In this document: piece by piece, positions 12,237 through 24,779 of the stretch
How positions within the stretch are numbered: the first letter of the stretch is position 1
Layout of the letters: every line of letters begins with the position of its first letter
Assembly: GCA_951406725.2 (NCBI GenBank)
Contig: OX597824.1
Location: forward strand, 92,132,001 to 92,196,000
Source: Octopus vulgaris
Lineage: Eukaryota
DNA length: 64,000 nucleotides
Reading direction: 5' to 3'
Program-made: the position numbers and the translations under genes
The notes under the pieces: model-generated
Database searches by the model: none
What the model saw: the letters and a program-made list of their open reading frames with translations, nothing else
What the model was told of the DNA's origin: nothing

Positions 12237-12640
12237 ATAGCTAGAGGCGATGGTCTCTTGGAGCTAATCAACGGCAGCATTCGTCCTATATTTCTGGCCT
12301 GCCATATTAGCCTGCCGGTAACTATTAATATCCAGTACCGCTGCCGTAGTCTCTTTAAGTGAGACTTAGAAATATTGATATTTCTATTTTTTAAAAGCAG
12401 TGGGTGTATTCCAGACTGGTGGATTCGGCAGCTCTGCATTGATAAGTGGCAAATACCCAGAAGCTAGTCTGCAGGTGCCTGAATACTAAGGGGAAGCGGC
12501 TGGCTTCCTCGTTGAATGTTATAATGGACACAGGTTCCTGTGTCACATAGCGAGCTAGAGGCGATGGTCGCTTGGAGCTAAACAACGGCAGCATTCGTCT
12601 AATATTTCTGGACTGCCATATTAGCTTGGCGATAACTATT
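12237..12640 (+). mobile_element. Retrozyme-like repeat, ~1.3 tandem units (period 314 nt), with degenerate hammerhead (12433-12475)
   Basis: gctagaggcgatgg at 12240 and 12554, gccatattag at 12301 and 12615 (both offsets 314). HHR: TCTGCA-TTGATAA-gtgg caaata ccca-GAAG-CTAG-TC-TGCAGG. Confidence 0.75.
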
Positions 12641-12650
12641 ATTATTATTA

Positions 12651-12734
<84 letters not shown>

Positions 12735-12956
12735 GTTTTAGTAATAGTACTAGTAGTAGCAGTAGTAGTAGTAGTTGTTGTTGTTGTAATACCACTACTA
12801 CTAACCGATAATAACGCCAATAATACTTCTGAGACTACGACAAATATAACAGGAAGAAGAATAACGAACAACGATGATAATGGTGGTGATGATGATGATG
12901 ATGAAGATGATGATGATGATGATAATAATGATAATAATAATAATAATAATAGCACC

Positions 12957-13009
<53 letters not shown>

Positions 13010-13043
13010 TAATAATGACAATAATAATATTAATAATAATAAC

Positions 13044-13097
<54 letters not shown>
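12637..13097. repeat. Compound (ATT)n..(AGT)n..(GAT)n..(AAT)n region; the opposite-strand (ATT)n and (AAT)n arrays form a natural inverted repeat
   Basis: Direct reading. Confidence 0.9.
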
Positions 13098-13310
13098 CCA
13101 CCTCTTTGTTGGTATGTGTGCCTTTCATAAAATATTTACATTATTCCATTAGTTTTGCATTGACGACAGCTGTCAAATCGTCAGAGATGTACTAATTGAG
13201 TACGTTTTCCTTTGAAATCCTGCAGTTATCAACATACACACACACACAAACCCATACATACAGGCATGCTCATCATATGAACATATTTATGAATCCGCCT
13301 AACCATAGAT

Positions 13311-13341
<31 letters not shown>

Positions 13342-13469
13342 CTGATGTATATATACTTATATATATATGTGTGTGTGTATATTTATATATATATATATGT
13401 ATATATATATATGCATACACGTATGTATGTATGTCATTATTCAGTTATTTCACACACACAACACACACA

Positions 13470-13503
<34 letters not shown>

Positions 13504-13523
13504 TACATATATGTATTCATGTC

Positions 13524-13573
<50 letters not shown>

Positions 13574-13692
13574 TACACATATGTATGTATGTCATTATTC
13601 AGTTTATTTCAAGATTTCTTGCCAAAAGAACCGTTTTCTCACCTACTTCCAAGGTTCCTCCATTGGAATTTCAACATGAACAGGCTATTTTT

Positions 13693-13990
13693 GTATGTAT
13701 GTCTGTATGTATTTAATTTTATTAGTATAAAGAGTATGGTTGCTTTCCAAACAATTCTTTTAAATATTATGTTTAAATAAAATATTATATAATTTCGTGT
13801 ATGGGCGTATAAAGTTTTGTTCTTTAAGGAAAACGTATGTATGTATTTCTGTATGTATTTAATTTTACTAGTATAAAGAGTATGGTTGCTTTCTAAACAA
13901 TTCGTTTAAATATTACGTTTAAATAAGATATTATATAATTTCGTGAACGGGCCTATAAAGTTTTGTTCTTTAAGGAAAATGTATGTATGT
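13693..13990. repeat. Tandem duplication, 146-bp unit x2
   Basis: ctgtatgtatttaatttta at 13703 and 13849; the units differ by scattered substitutions. Confidence 0.9.
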
Positions 13991-14007
13991 ATAAATGTAT
14001 GTATGTA

Positions 14008-14047
<40 letters not shown>

Positions 14048-14581
14048 TTGAGTGTGTATGGTATGTATGTAGTGTGCGAGTGAGGAGTGGGAGAAAGCTG
14101 AAGAATGGGAGAATTAGAATCCTAATAAGGAAAGCAGTTTGGAGTGTATAAATATCTAAATTTATAACACAATTTATCTCGGATAGATTTAAGAAGACTT
14201 GTTTGAAATATTGAACGAATGTGAAGCGGAAGATGAAACACACACACACACACACACACAAACACGCATGCAGACACACACACACAAAGAAAACAGTGAC
14301 CACTCTCTGTATGTGAAGTGGTCCATTTTATTCATTTCACTTACGTCAAAAACTCAGGTGTAGAATAAAGACATAATGTCGGAAATACAGAATGACCCGC
14401 CCTCTAGCGCTCTCATGAGAAACTATACAACCAGAAGGGAGATAACTCTATTGCTTGGATGTGGTCTTGCGAGGTCACGCAACCCGGAGAGTCGCCCCAT
14501 GCCTTCAGCGGCTGCTTGATTCGCCAAAATTAAACTGTAATGCAATCCCACTTTTATATAACATATATACCACATTGTCTG

Positions 14582-14830
14582 GTGGAGGCATGGCTTCTTG
14601 GTCAGGAGGTGTTGGGCTCACGATCGAAAGATTACAGTTTCGTTTCCTGGACAGGGCGCCGCGTTAGTGTTCTTGACCGAAAACACTTTGTCTCATGTTG
14701 CCCCTGTCCACTCACCTGGCACGAATGAGTAATCCCACGACGGTCCGTTCAGGAGGGGAATGTAGACGCCACGGAAACTGGGAAACCGGGAACCCTGTCC
14801 CTACGAGTCAGTATAACTCGGAAAGGAAGT
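14582..14830 (+). mobile_element. SINE family C (tRNA head GTGGAGGC.., Meta/V-like middle, RTE-like tail), degenerate
   Basis: gtggaggcatggc..gtgttcttgaccgaaaacacttt..gtccactcacctggc..ggaaactgggaaaccggg. Confidence 0.65.
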
Positions 14831-14834
14831 TAGG

Positions 14835-14880
<46 letters not shown>

Positions 14881-14990
14881 GCTACTGCTACTGCTGCTGC
14901 TGCTGTTAATGCTACTACTACTGCTGCTGCTGTTACTACTACTACTACTACTTCTGCTGATGTTACTACTACTACTACTTCTGCTGCTGT

Positions 14991-15025
<35 letters not shown>

Positions 15026-15067
15026 TTTAATATTACTACTGCTACTACCACTACTACTAAGATGCTG

Positions 15068-15134
<67 letters not shown>

Positions 15135-15170
15135 TAATTCTACCACTACTAATTCTACTACTACTACTGC
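14835..15170. repeat. (ACT)n/(GCT)n trinucleotide region
   Basis: Direct reading. Confidence 0.95.
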
Positions 15171-15747
15171 TTCCTTTACATAATGCTTGCAATTTTATTT
15201 CGACAGTAAATGTGGCTTCTCAAAGTTATTTTCCTCGCTTCGCTCGCAAACTTCTCTTCGCGGTGAATTTGTTTCTCACACCTGTTTCTTAAACAGGAAC
15301 CGGCTGGCAAGTATTCCATGTAATATCGTAGTAGGATGGTGACAGGGGATGCTGTGCTAAGGGAAGAGATGCAAAGCTGAGCAAAGACGAAAGAAAGAGC
15401 AGATTTAGAATGAGAAAACGATACTTGCGGTGCTAGCGGTTTATTGATGGGCAAACCAAGGGCTAAGAATGAAAAATGGCAAAACTGAGAAATGAAGAGA
15501 AAACAGTAATATCTTTATCTATGTAATATTTTTTTAGGCTTGCGTTCCTCATCTTTCATTATATTTCATATAACTTCTAATTTAATTTCCTTAATTTCAT
15601 TTTGTTTTCGTATACTCATTTTTAATCATTTTTTCCCATTAACATTTAATCAGGTACAGTGTTCTTACTACTGCACAATGGTAAACATTGATCAGCACCA
15701 ACATTTCTGGGATGTTGGTCTCCTGTAAATGTCCTCATTCCATTATC

Positions 15748-16149
15748 TACTTTCTCTTTCTCTTTTACTTGTTTCAGTCATTTGACTGCGGCCATGCTGG
15801 AGCACCGCCTTTAGTCGAGCAAATCGACTCCGGGACTTATTCTTTGTAAGCCCAGTACTTATTCTATCGGTCTCTTTTGCCGAACCGCTAAGTGACGGGG
15901 ACGTAAACACACCAGCATCGGTTATCAAGCAATGCTAGGGGCACAAACACAGACACACAAACACACACACATATATATATACATATATACGACAGGCTTC
16001 TTTCAGTTTCCGTCTACCAAATCCACTCACAAGGCATTGGTCGGCCCGGGGCTATAGCAGAAGACACTTGCCCAAGATGCCACGCAGTGGGACTGAACCC
16101 GGAACCTAGTGGTTGGTTAGCAAGCTACTTACCACACAGCCACTCCTAC
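15748..16149 (-). mobile_element. SINE family A, full length
   Basis: Close match to the reverse complement of 1361-1772. Confidence 0.9.
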
Positions 16150-16194
16150 TTGTTTCAAATTCTGATGCAAATCCATCAAATTCGAGGAAGAGAT

Positions 16195-16350
16195 TATTCA
16201 ATAACCTCGACGCAAGTGCTCAACTGGTACTAATTTTACCAACACCAAGAAGATAAAAAACCAACCTCGACCTCGGCGAGATTTGAACTCAGAACGTAAA
16301 AACGGACAAAACGCCGCCAAGCTTTTTTGCCTAACCTGCTAAGTATTCCG
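16195..16350 (-). mobile_element. SINE family B, degenerate
   Basis: caactggtactaatttt..cgacctcggcgagatttgaactcagaacgtaa. Confidence 0.7.
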
Positions 16351-17152
16351 TCTTACCTACTAGTAAATATTGTGCCAGCTTCACCTTTACTTGTACCTAC
16401 TACCCTACTTATTCAAGTAAAGATTCTTCGCCCCTTATGGACAAAAGCCACCAACGAAAATCCATGATACTAGGTTAGCGTGATCCTTGATTTTTACCTT
16501 TCTGCCTAAGTAGAAGTTAATTTTCAATGCATCCGTGATTCGAAACGGATTCACTATTTTGTATTATGAAACATTTTAGCCTGTGATCACTTCAATTAAT
16601 ATTTTGTTAATGTGTATTTCTCGCGTAGTTGTTATCAGTCAATAATTCAAATTGTGTGAAAATCATCGTCAGGATTTTTATGAATTGGGCTAAGCTTGCA
16701 TAAATAAATAATATCGAAGGGAATTGATAATTCTCATAGGGGATGAGTCAAAAGATTGTCGTGACGATACATATGATTAATAAAATTATACTGGATTGGG
16801 TGGAATCTAACTAAATTATGTGAGCACACAAACAGAAAAAAACCCCCACAGTATAAGTAAAAAAAAAGTTAAACATTTGGACGTTTTTGTTGCGTAATGC
16901 AGAAATTCGTGAAGCAACCGTATTAACTTACTCCTGGTTGTATGAAAATATCAATTTATTGCCAACGATGCGAATTCAGTTAATTGCATACTGCGGATAA
17001 TTGCATAGATTTTGCAGCCATCGAGAATATACTGGAAGGAGGATATATTGTTGTATAGAAATAAAGGCTAATGTTCCGCGTTCATATCAGTTTAGGATTT
17101 GAATTCTTCGACCGATTTGTAGAATTCAATACAGGCGCAAGCATGGCTGTGT

Positions 17153-17818
17153 GGATAAAACAGCTTTATGACATCTTCGTGTATATGGGTTCAGTTCTGC
17201 TGTGTAGCACCTTGATGAAGTGTCTTCTGTTGTTTCCTCGTGCTGACCAATGATTTATGATTGAATTTGGTTGACGGAAGCTGTTTTGAAGCCAGTCATA
17301 TAGATAGATACATACATACATATATACATACATACATACATACATACATACATACATACATACATGTCTGGCCCTTCCGTCCGGCTTTGGCCATGATAGA
17401 TCACTAGCCTCTACACACATTTTTTCTCTCCTTGTTTTTTCTGTGTCCCTTTCTGTAGAAGAGCGTATGCTCGAAATATGAAAGACTTTTTCAATCCCCG
17501 AGCGTTATACTAATACATCTGTTTGTTTTCTACACCACCTGTCTTCGTCTCATACATACATTCATACATAGATGCATGGTTATAAATGTGTGTATGTGGG
17601 GCTATGGATGGGTATGTCCTTGTGTCTGTGTTTGCAACATCCACAATCCACTTGAAATCCGGTGTTGGTTTACGTACACTTCAGTAACGTAGCGTTAAAT
17701 TCAGTTCCAGTTTTCGCGAAATATCAAACATTACTACTGGAGTTCATTTGTTAGATTAAAACAGTCCAAAATACTTCTCCAGCTTGGCTGCAGTCTAGTG
17801 ACAGACACAGGTAAAATA
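17153..17818 (+). mobile_element. Old SINE family A copy interrupted by the minimal-HHR element
   Basis: Head ggcgcaagcatggctgtgtgg at 17153; tail ctccagcttggctgcagtctagtgacagacacaggtaaaa near 17810. Confidence 0.65.
17365..17551 (+). mobile_element. Copy of the minimal-HHR element, decayed at the cleavage site, nested in the internal microsatellite of an old SINE
   Basis: ctttCTGTAGAaGAGCgtatGCTCGAAAtatgAAAG at 17449-17484; flanks align to the reverse complement of 36385-36540. Confidence 0.65.
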
Positions 17819-18639
17819 TTAAAGATCCCCACTGTATTCACCCTTTGATTTTCAAAATGTACTCCCCAGCCATCGATCTCCATCGATCACCACAATTTGA
17901 AGGGAAACATATTGTCAGGTAATTACCATTTTTTAAGATTACACCTTAAAATATTTATTGTTATAAATGCTTGATTTTTTTCACCTTCACTAGTTTTGCA
18001 TACATGAATGTTTTATACCTTTAATTTGATATAACAGGTGGTATGATATTCTCATTACATATATATTGAAATATTTCGACGTATAAACTATATCATAAGA
18101 GCGTACGAATTGATATTCTTCTTGTGTAGCCTCCTGTCTTCCAAAGGAGTCAAACCCGAGCTTGAAAAACCGCCATCATTGTAATAATGTCCTATATTAG
18201 CCAATCCACGCAATCTGACATAAAAACATGTAAAGACTATAAGAAATACTTCTTTGCTTACAAAAACAAAAAAAGTGCGGGTTGTCTACCATAGAGAATC
18301 ACCTATCATCCACCACAGAGGGCATCCACCTTACAGTCTCTCCTTTTCTCAAATATATTTAGGGACAAGCAATTCAGTTACCGCTGTGCGCCTTCTTTTG
18401 TTCTCTTATAGATTTCCTTGTTAGGAAGGATATTGTACATTTGTCCATGATTTATATGCGGCTTTATTTTGTTTCCCGAATAATTCTGGTGTTTCCATGA
18501 GGACAGTGTATGATTTCTGGTATTATAAACATGGGTGCATATGTCACGGAATTCATTGAACACGCTTACGCTTCCTCCATCGTTTCTTACATCCACCCTT
18601 CCCATTCATCTACCCAAATATCCAATCTCTGACTCAACC

Positions 18640-18668
18640 TCATACACACACACATACTTACATCCATC

Positions 18669-18700
<32 letters not shown>

Positions 18701-19145
18701 CATACATACATACACACATACATACATACATACATACATACATACATACATACATACATACACACATACATACATACATACATACAAACATACATACATA
18801 CATACATACATACATAATACATACATACAAACATGCATACATACATACATACATACATACATACATACATACATACACACAAACATACATACATACATAC
18901 ATACATACATACATACATACATACATACATACATACAAACATACATACATACAAACATACATACATACATACATACATACACACATACATACATACATAC
19001 ATACAAACATACATACATACATACATACAAACATACATACATACATACATACATACACACATACATGCATACATACATACATACATACATACATACATGC
19101 ATACATACATACATAATACATACACACATACATACACACATACAT
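18640..19145. repeat. (TACA)n tetranucleotide array, ~500 bp
   Basis: Direct reading. Confidence 0.95.
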
Positions 19146-19344
19146 ACTGTCGTAACGCATAACCAATCCAAGCATTGCCATAAAGAAACACACACAATAT
19201 ATTAGTTAATATGTCTGAGGCATAGAGGAGGAAATTAATTAACCTTTAGCTAGCCCTTGATTAATTAACGGGCTGATATCCCACACATAACCCCAACCAG
19301 CATCATTCACCCATTTTTCTCTCTCATTGCCTCATTGCCTTTCT

Positions 19345-19381
<37 letters not shown>

Positions 19382-19419
19382 CTCTCGTTATCTATCTATG
19401 TAGCCATCCCTCCCTCTCT

Positions 19420-19475
<56 letters not shown>

Positions 19476-19675
19476 GTATATATGTATGTATGTATGCATT
19501 TCTGTTGCATGTAAATACGGTAAAATTAATCTTAGTCGAAAGCATACACACGCAAATGCATGCATAAATGAATAAATGTATACGCGCAGAAAAGTATGTA
19601 AATGCATAAAATGTCTATGCGTTTGCATGCGCGCGTGTATATATTATGTAAATAACTACAATAGTTGATAAAAGC

Positions 19676-19729
<54 letters not shown>

Positions 19730-19730
<1 letters not shown>

Positions 19731-19925
19731 TCCCCCCAAAAAGCGATGAACAAACGCAAATGAAAACACCAACCCAAGGATGTGGTACATGTAAAGTAGT
19801 AGCAGACGCTCAGAGAAGGAAAAATTATGGTTTAACGTTTCGAACAAAGCTCTTCTTCAGAAACAGAGGAAAGTGCAATAGAAAAGGAAGACGGAGGAAG
19901 AAAATTGCCAACGATTCACATGTGC
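19730..19925 (-). mobile_element. Short Penelope-type non-autonomous element with canonical minimal hammerhead (19830-19864)
   Basis: Minus strand: GUUU-CUGAAGA-A-GAGC uuu GUUC-GAAA-CG-UU/AAAC; stem I GUUU/AAAC; stem III reduced to the palindrome ACGU; abuts (TA)n. Confidence 0.7.
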
Positions 19926-19931
19926 TTTCAC

Positions 19932-20182
19932 TTTGAATTGGCTAGTGAACTTGGCTACTGAAGATAATGGGGGATCTAATTTGAGCTGAAAAAACAGCTG
20001 TAATTTGAAATGAATTTCCTTGCGCAAGAACGGGTAATGCCCAGTCCAAGAGTTAAACCGACAACCATTAGGATATAGACCTCCTTCGGTCATAAATGAC
20101 CATGGGATTGCACCAAGAAAGTTCTTGTCCGGGACACGATTCCGGACAAGGTTGTTTGTGGAATGCCAAGGAGGGAGGAAGG

Positions 20183-20215
<33 letters not shown>

Positions 20216-20452
20216 AGAATGTATGGGAGGAGAATGAAAGGGAGAATGAGAAAGGAGTCCTGAGGAGCTAGTTGAGAACTTGTTCATTTTTGGTAGAGTT
20301 TACGACGCAAGAGAGTAAAGTTGTCGGTTTGATTCTTCGACTGGGTTTTAAGTGTTCTTGCGCAGGAGAATTCATTTCAAATTACATTTGTTTGCGCAGC
20401 TCAAATGGGATCTTCGTTGCTTTCAGTAGTTACGTTCACTAGCCAATTCAAA
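19932..20452. repeat. Inverted duplication (arms 19932-20065 and 20320-20452)
   Basis: tttgaattggctagtgaac..tgtaatttgaaatgaatt..gcgcaagaac..aaaccgacaac is present in both orientations. Confidence 0.85.
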
Positions 20453-20737
20453 CGAACGATATCCTAGGTAGAATGAGGTGTCTGTGACCACTTGTTGCCA
20501 AGGAAGGGTCTAAAACATATAACAAACATACTACAGATGCTATGAACTTATAGTCTCTCGTGAGAAGAACACCAGCTTTTCAACATTTGTATTGGGATAG
20601 TTGTAACATAGCTATGAATATAAATTTAAATTTATCTTCCGTGTCTGGCATCAGTCGAATTCTGATTACTTCACTAAAGAAAAATGTGAATGTCTCATGG
20701 GAAGGTGATTTCAATAAATTTTAAATTCCAGATTCTA

Positions 20738-21492
20738 GGCGCAGACATGGCTGTATGGTTATGAGGAGAGAAATGTATTGTATGTGTGAATTTTGTACAG
20801 AGTAAAAAAGGCAGAAGCCAGACGCGTACATACATACACATATACACATACTTACATACATACATGCATACATGCATACATACATACATACATACATACA
20901 CACATACACACATGCATACATACATACATACATACATACATACATACATACATGCATACATACATGCATACATACATACATACATATAATACATACGTAC
21001 ATACATACAGACAGACATACATACTATACATTAATACATATATACATACATACATACATACATAAATACATACATACATACATACATACATACATACATA
21101 AATACATACATAAATACATACATACATTCATACATACATACATGCAACGTGTGGAGTAACCCCATACTATTTTCCTCTGTGTGTGTGTGTGTCTGTGTGT
21201 GTGTGTATCTGTGTGTCTGTGTGTGTCTGTGTCTGTGTATGTATGTCTGTGTGTGAGTCTGTGTGAGTGTCTGTGTGCACTTTTGCCATCTCCCGAAGTT
21301 CAGAACCGAAGTTAAAATTTTTTTACGTGTTTGTATTCTGGCGGTTTGGGAGAAGGTTCCGAAAGAAAAACAAAAGTACCAGATATTAAAAAAGGTATAA
21401 CCACTGGATGAGTAGGTTTTATTCCATTCTTGAAGGTGGTGCCCCCTAAATCATCGTAACCCCGTATCGCAATGTGTGAAACAGCTAAAAAA
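20738..21492 (+). mobile_element. Old SINE family A copy with greatly expanded internal (TACA)n/(TG)n
   Basis: Head ggcgcagacatggctgtatgg; tail gaaggtggtgcccc..aatgtgtgaaacagctaaaa. Confidence 0.55.
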
Positions 21493-22337
21493 CCTAAAAT
21501 GTTACTGTGACTACATTTTGTTTTATACTCAAACTTTACTGCGGAATTGGTACGCCAATTCAACCCATGTAGTATTGCAGGTGAGCGTGAATTAGTCATC
21601 TCATATGACGATATACAGGTGATATTCTTTCTAGGAATAGTATTGAGTAAGGTTTTGACGTCCTAATAATCTTTTGAATGTGTTGGCGTCCTTATAATCT
21701 TTGATAGATAATGCGATTGGTTATAGTCTCACAGAGCGTGAATCGATTTAAACGTTTCTATATTTCACTTGAATCTCTATCCCTGTTACTCATACTTAAT
21801 AGCGCCGTTACTTTCTATTCCTTCTTGACAAAATCATATTCTCTGAATGACAGCTAAGATAACGCTTGTTCGTCCGTGTCACTAAAAGCTGTGATGCTTT
21901 CTGAAACACAACCTAAGTATAACCATCAACTGATACGCAGCTTTTGTTGTATAGGTATGCAGTGTGCGTGATGGTGAATCAGCAGCAATCATCCAGGGAA
22001 CACTTACCTTTCAAATAACTTAATCATCTCTGTGTATTATACTTCTTACAAATGAATGTATGTATGTATGTATGTATGTATGTATGTACCAATGTATGTA
22101 TATCCACCTCTGTTCTCAATTATTTGGATGATTCTTGCCTTGCAGATGTTGGTTACAAACACCAATGAATGTATATATATATATATATATATACATGTTT
22201 TTATATAAATGTGTATGTCTATGTGTATATATGTACATATATGAATATATATACATATATATGTATGTTATGTGTATATATGTACATTTATGAATATATA
22301 TATATGTGTGTGTGTATGTATATACATATATATTTAC

Positions 22338-22398
<61 letters not shown>

Positions 22399-22752
22399 TA
22401 CATGTGTGTAGATAGATAGTTAGATAGAAAAGAGAGAGAGAGAGAGAGAGATGTATGCATCTATATATATACATATATACATCTCTCATTGAAGGCGCTT
22501 TTATTGACTACAACATCAGTTGCGAAGCCCAATTTTAGCCTCATGCTATTTGTTCCATGTAGGCAGACATTTTCCATGGACGCATTGGAACGCTTGGTGA
22601 CTAAAAGATAATGTCTAAAGGATCTGATGTGATACTTCCAGACCATCTCTCTCTCTCTCTCTATCCATATCTGTACATCTATGCCTGCACATACACAGAG
22701 ATATATGTGTGTGCGTATTGTATGCATGTATGTGTACATACATACATACATA

Positions 22753-22793
<41 letters not shown>

Positions 22794-23251
22794 TTATGTA
22801 TATACTTCAAATTGGTTCAGATCCTTTACAGAATCGACTTCACATATACTTTTGAGTGTGTGTCTGTATTTGTATGGGTGTATGTATACATGTCTGTCTG
22901 TTTTTGCGTTTGTATGTGTGTATGTGAGTATACTAGTGTAACTATATACACAACAGAACTTTCTATTAAAAAAACCCGCCATACTTATAACGTATATCTC
23001 TGTTATTCCTTTCCTGATTTCAGCAATATTGGGTTGTTATTTCTAGCAATTAACTTTGCCACACAGATATCCTCACATATTTCCCTGTTGTTTTCATTCT
23101 CTATGTTATTGTCGTCACCGATTCCATTATCGTGGTTGTTGTTGCAGTTGTTGATAGTGCTAAGCACATTTTTTCTCCATGATTTTACTGGACATACTAT
23201 TGTTGTTATATTTCGTTTCGAAAAAGAACAGAAACACTGCAGCATGCTATA

Positions 23252-23668
23252 CTCTTTACTCTTTACTCGTTTACTCTTTTACTTGTTTCAGTCATTTGAC
23301 TGCGGCCATGCTGGAGCACCGCCTTTAGTCGATCAAATCGACCCCAGAACTTATTCTTTGTAAGCCCAGTACTTATTCTATCGGTCTCTTTTGCCGAACC
23401 GCTAAGTGGCGGGGACGTAGACACACCAGCATCGGTTGTCAAGCAATGCTAGGGGGACAAACACAGACACACAAACACACACACACACATATATATACAT
23501 ATATACGACAGGCTTCTTTCAGTTTCCGTCTACCAAATCCACTCACAAGGCATTGGTCGGCCCGGGGCTATAGCAGAAGACACTTGCCCAAGATGCCACG
23601 CAGTGGGACTGAACCCGCAACCATGTGGTTGGTTAGCAAGCTACTTACCACACAGCCACTCCTGCGCC
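23252..23668 (-). mobile_element. SINE family A, full length
   Basis: Near-identical to 1361-1772 (reverse). Confidence 0.9.
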
Positions 23669-23784
23669 TACGTTGTGTTTTTGTAGTAATGGCAATGCTT
23701 TTGTTATTATCCTGAAGGCGGCGAGCGGCAGAATGTTTAGCAGGCCTTGCGAAATGCTTATCGGCATTTGGTTCATCTTTACGT

Positions 23785-24240
23785 TCTCTTTTACTCTTTC
23801 ACTCTTTGACATGTTTCAGTCATTTGACTGCGGCCATGCTGGAGTATCGACTTTAGTCGAGTAAATCGACCCCAGGACTTATTCTTTGTAAGCCTAGTAC
23901 TTATTCTATCGCTCTCTTTTTGCCGAACCGGTTAGTTAGGGGTACATAAACACACCATCATCGGTTGTCAAGAGATGTTGGGGGGTGGGGACAAACACAG
24001 ACAAACAGACATACACACACACACACGCACACACACACACAAACACAAACACACACACACACACACATATACATATATACGACGGGATTCTTTCATTTTA
24101 CGTCTACCAAATCCACTCACAAGGCATAGGTCGGCCCGAAGGTGTTGTAGAAGACACTTGTCCAAGGCGGCACGCAGTGGGACTGAACCCGGAAACATGA
24201 AATTCGGTAAGCAAGCAACTTACCACACAGCCACTCCTAC
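23785..24240 (-). mobile_element. SINE family A, full length, abutting a family B head (23715-23785)
   Basis: Colinear with the family A copies. Confidence 0.88.
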
Positions 24241-24284
24241 GTATGTCTTAATTATTACTATTATTATTATTATTACTATTACTA

Positions 24285-24381
<97 letters not shown>

Positions 24382-24411
24382 AATCATCATTATTATTATT
24401 ATTAATAATAA

Positions 24412-24467
<56 letters not shown>

Positions 24468-24747
24468 GTAGTAGTAGTAGTAGTAGTAGTAGTAACAATA
24501 TTTGATTACGTATTTTCCACATGAAATAAAATGGTGGCTTTTCATGTAACTCTGCACCTTTCCCGCAGTAAATTGTTAATGGCGTCGTTGGCCACGACAT
24601 TTTTCATGTATACGAAGTGTTGATACAATATCCTCGCAATGGCGTTGACATTGGGCTATCGCATGGTCAGAGTGTTAACGCTCTTACCTATTGATGTGGT
24701 TAATGTTTAATATGGATGTCGTCATAGCTATGGTAACGTTTACAGTA

Positions 24748-24779
<32 letters not shown>

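Noticed and set aside
22611-23363. Longest ORF (250 aa), hydrophobic, superficially membrane-protein-like
   Set aside because: It starts in microsatellites and ends in a SINE tail; the middle is T-rich low-complexity sequence with no recognisable motif.
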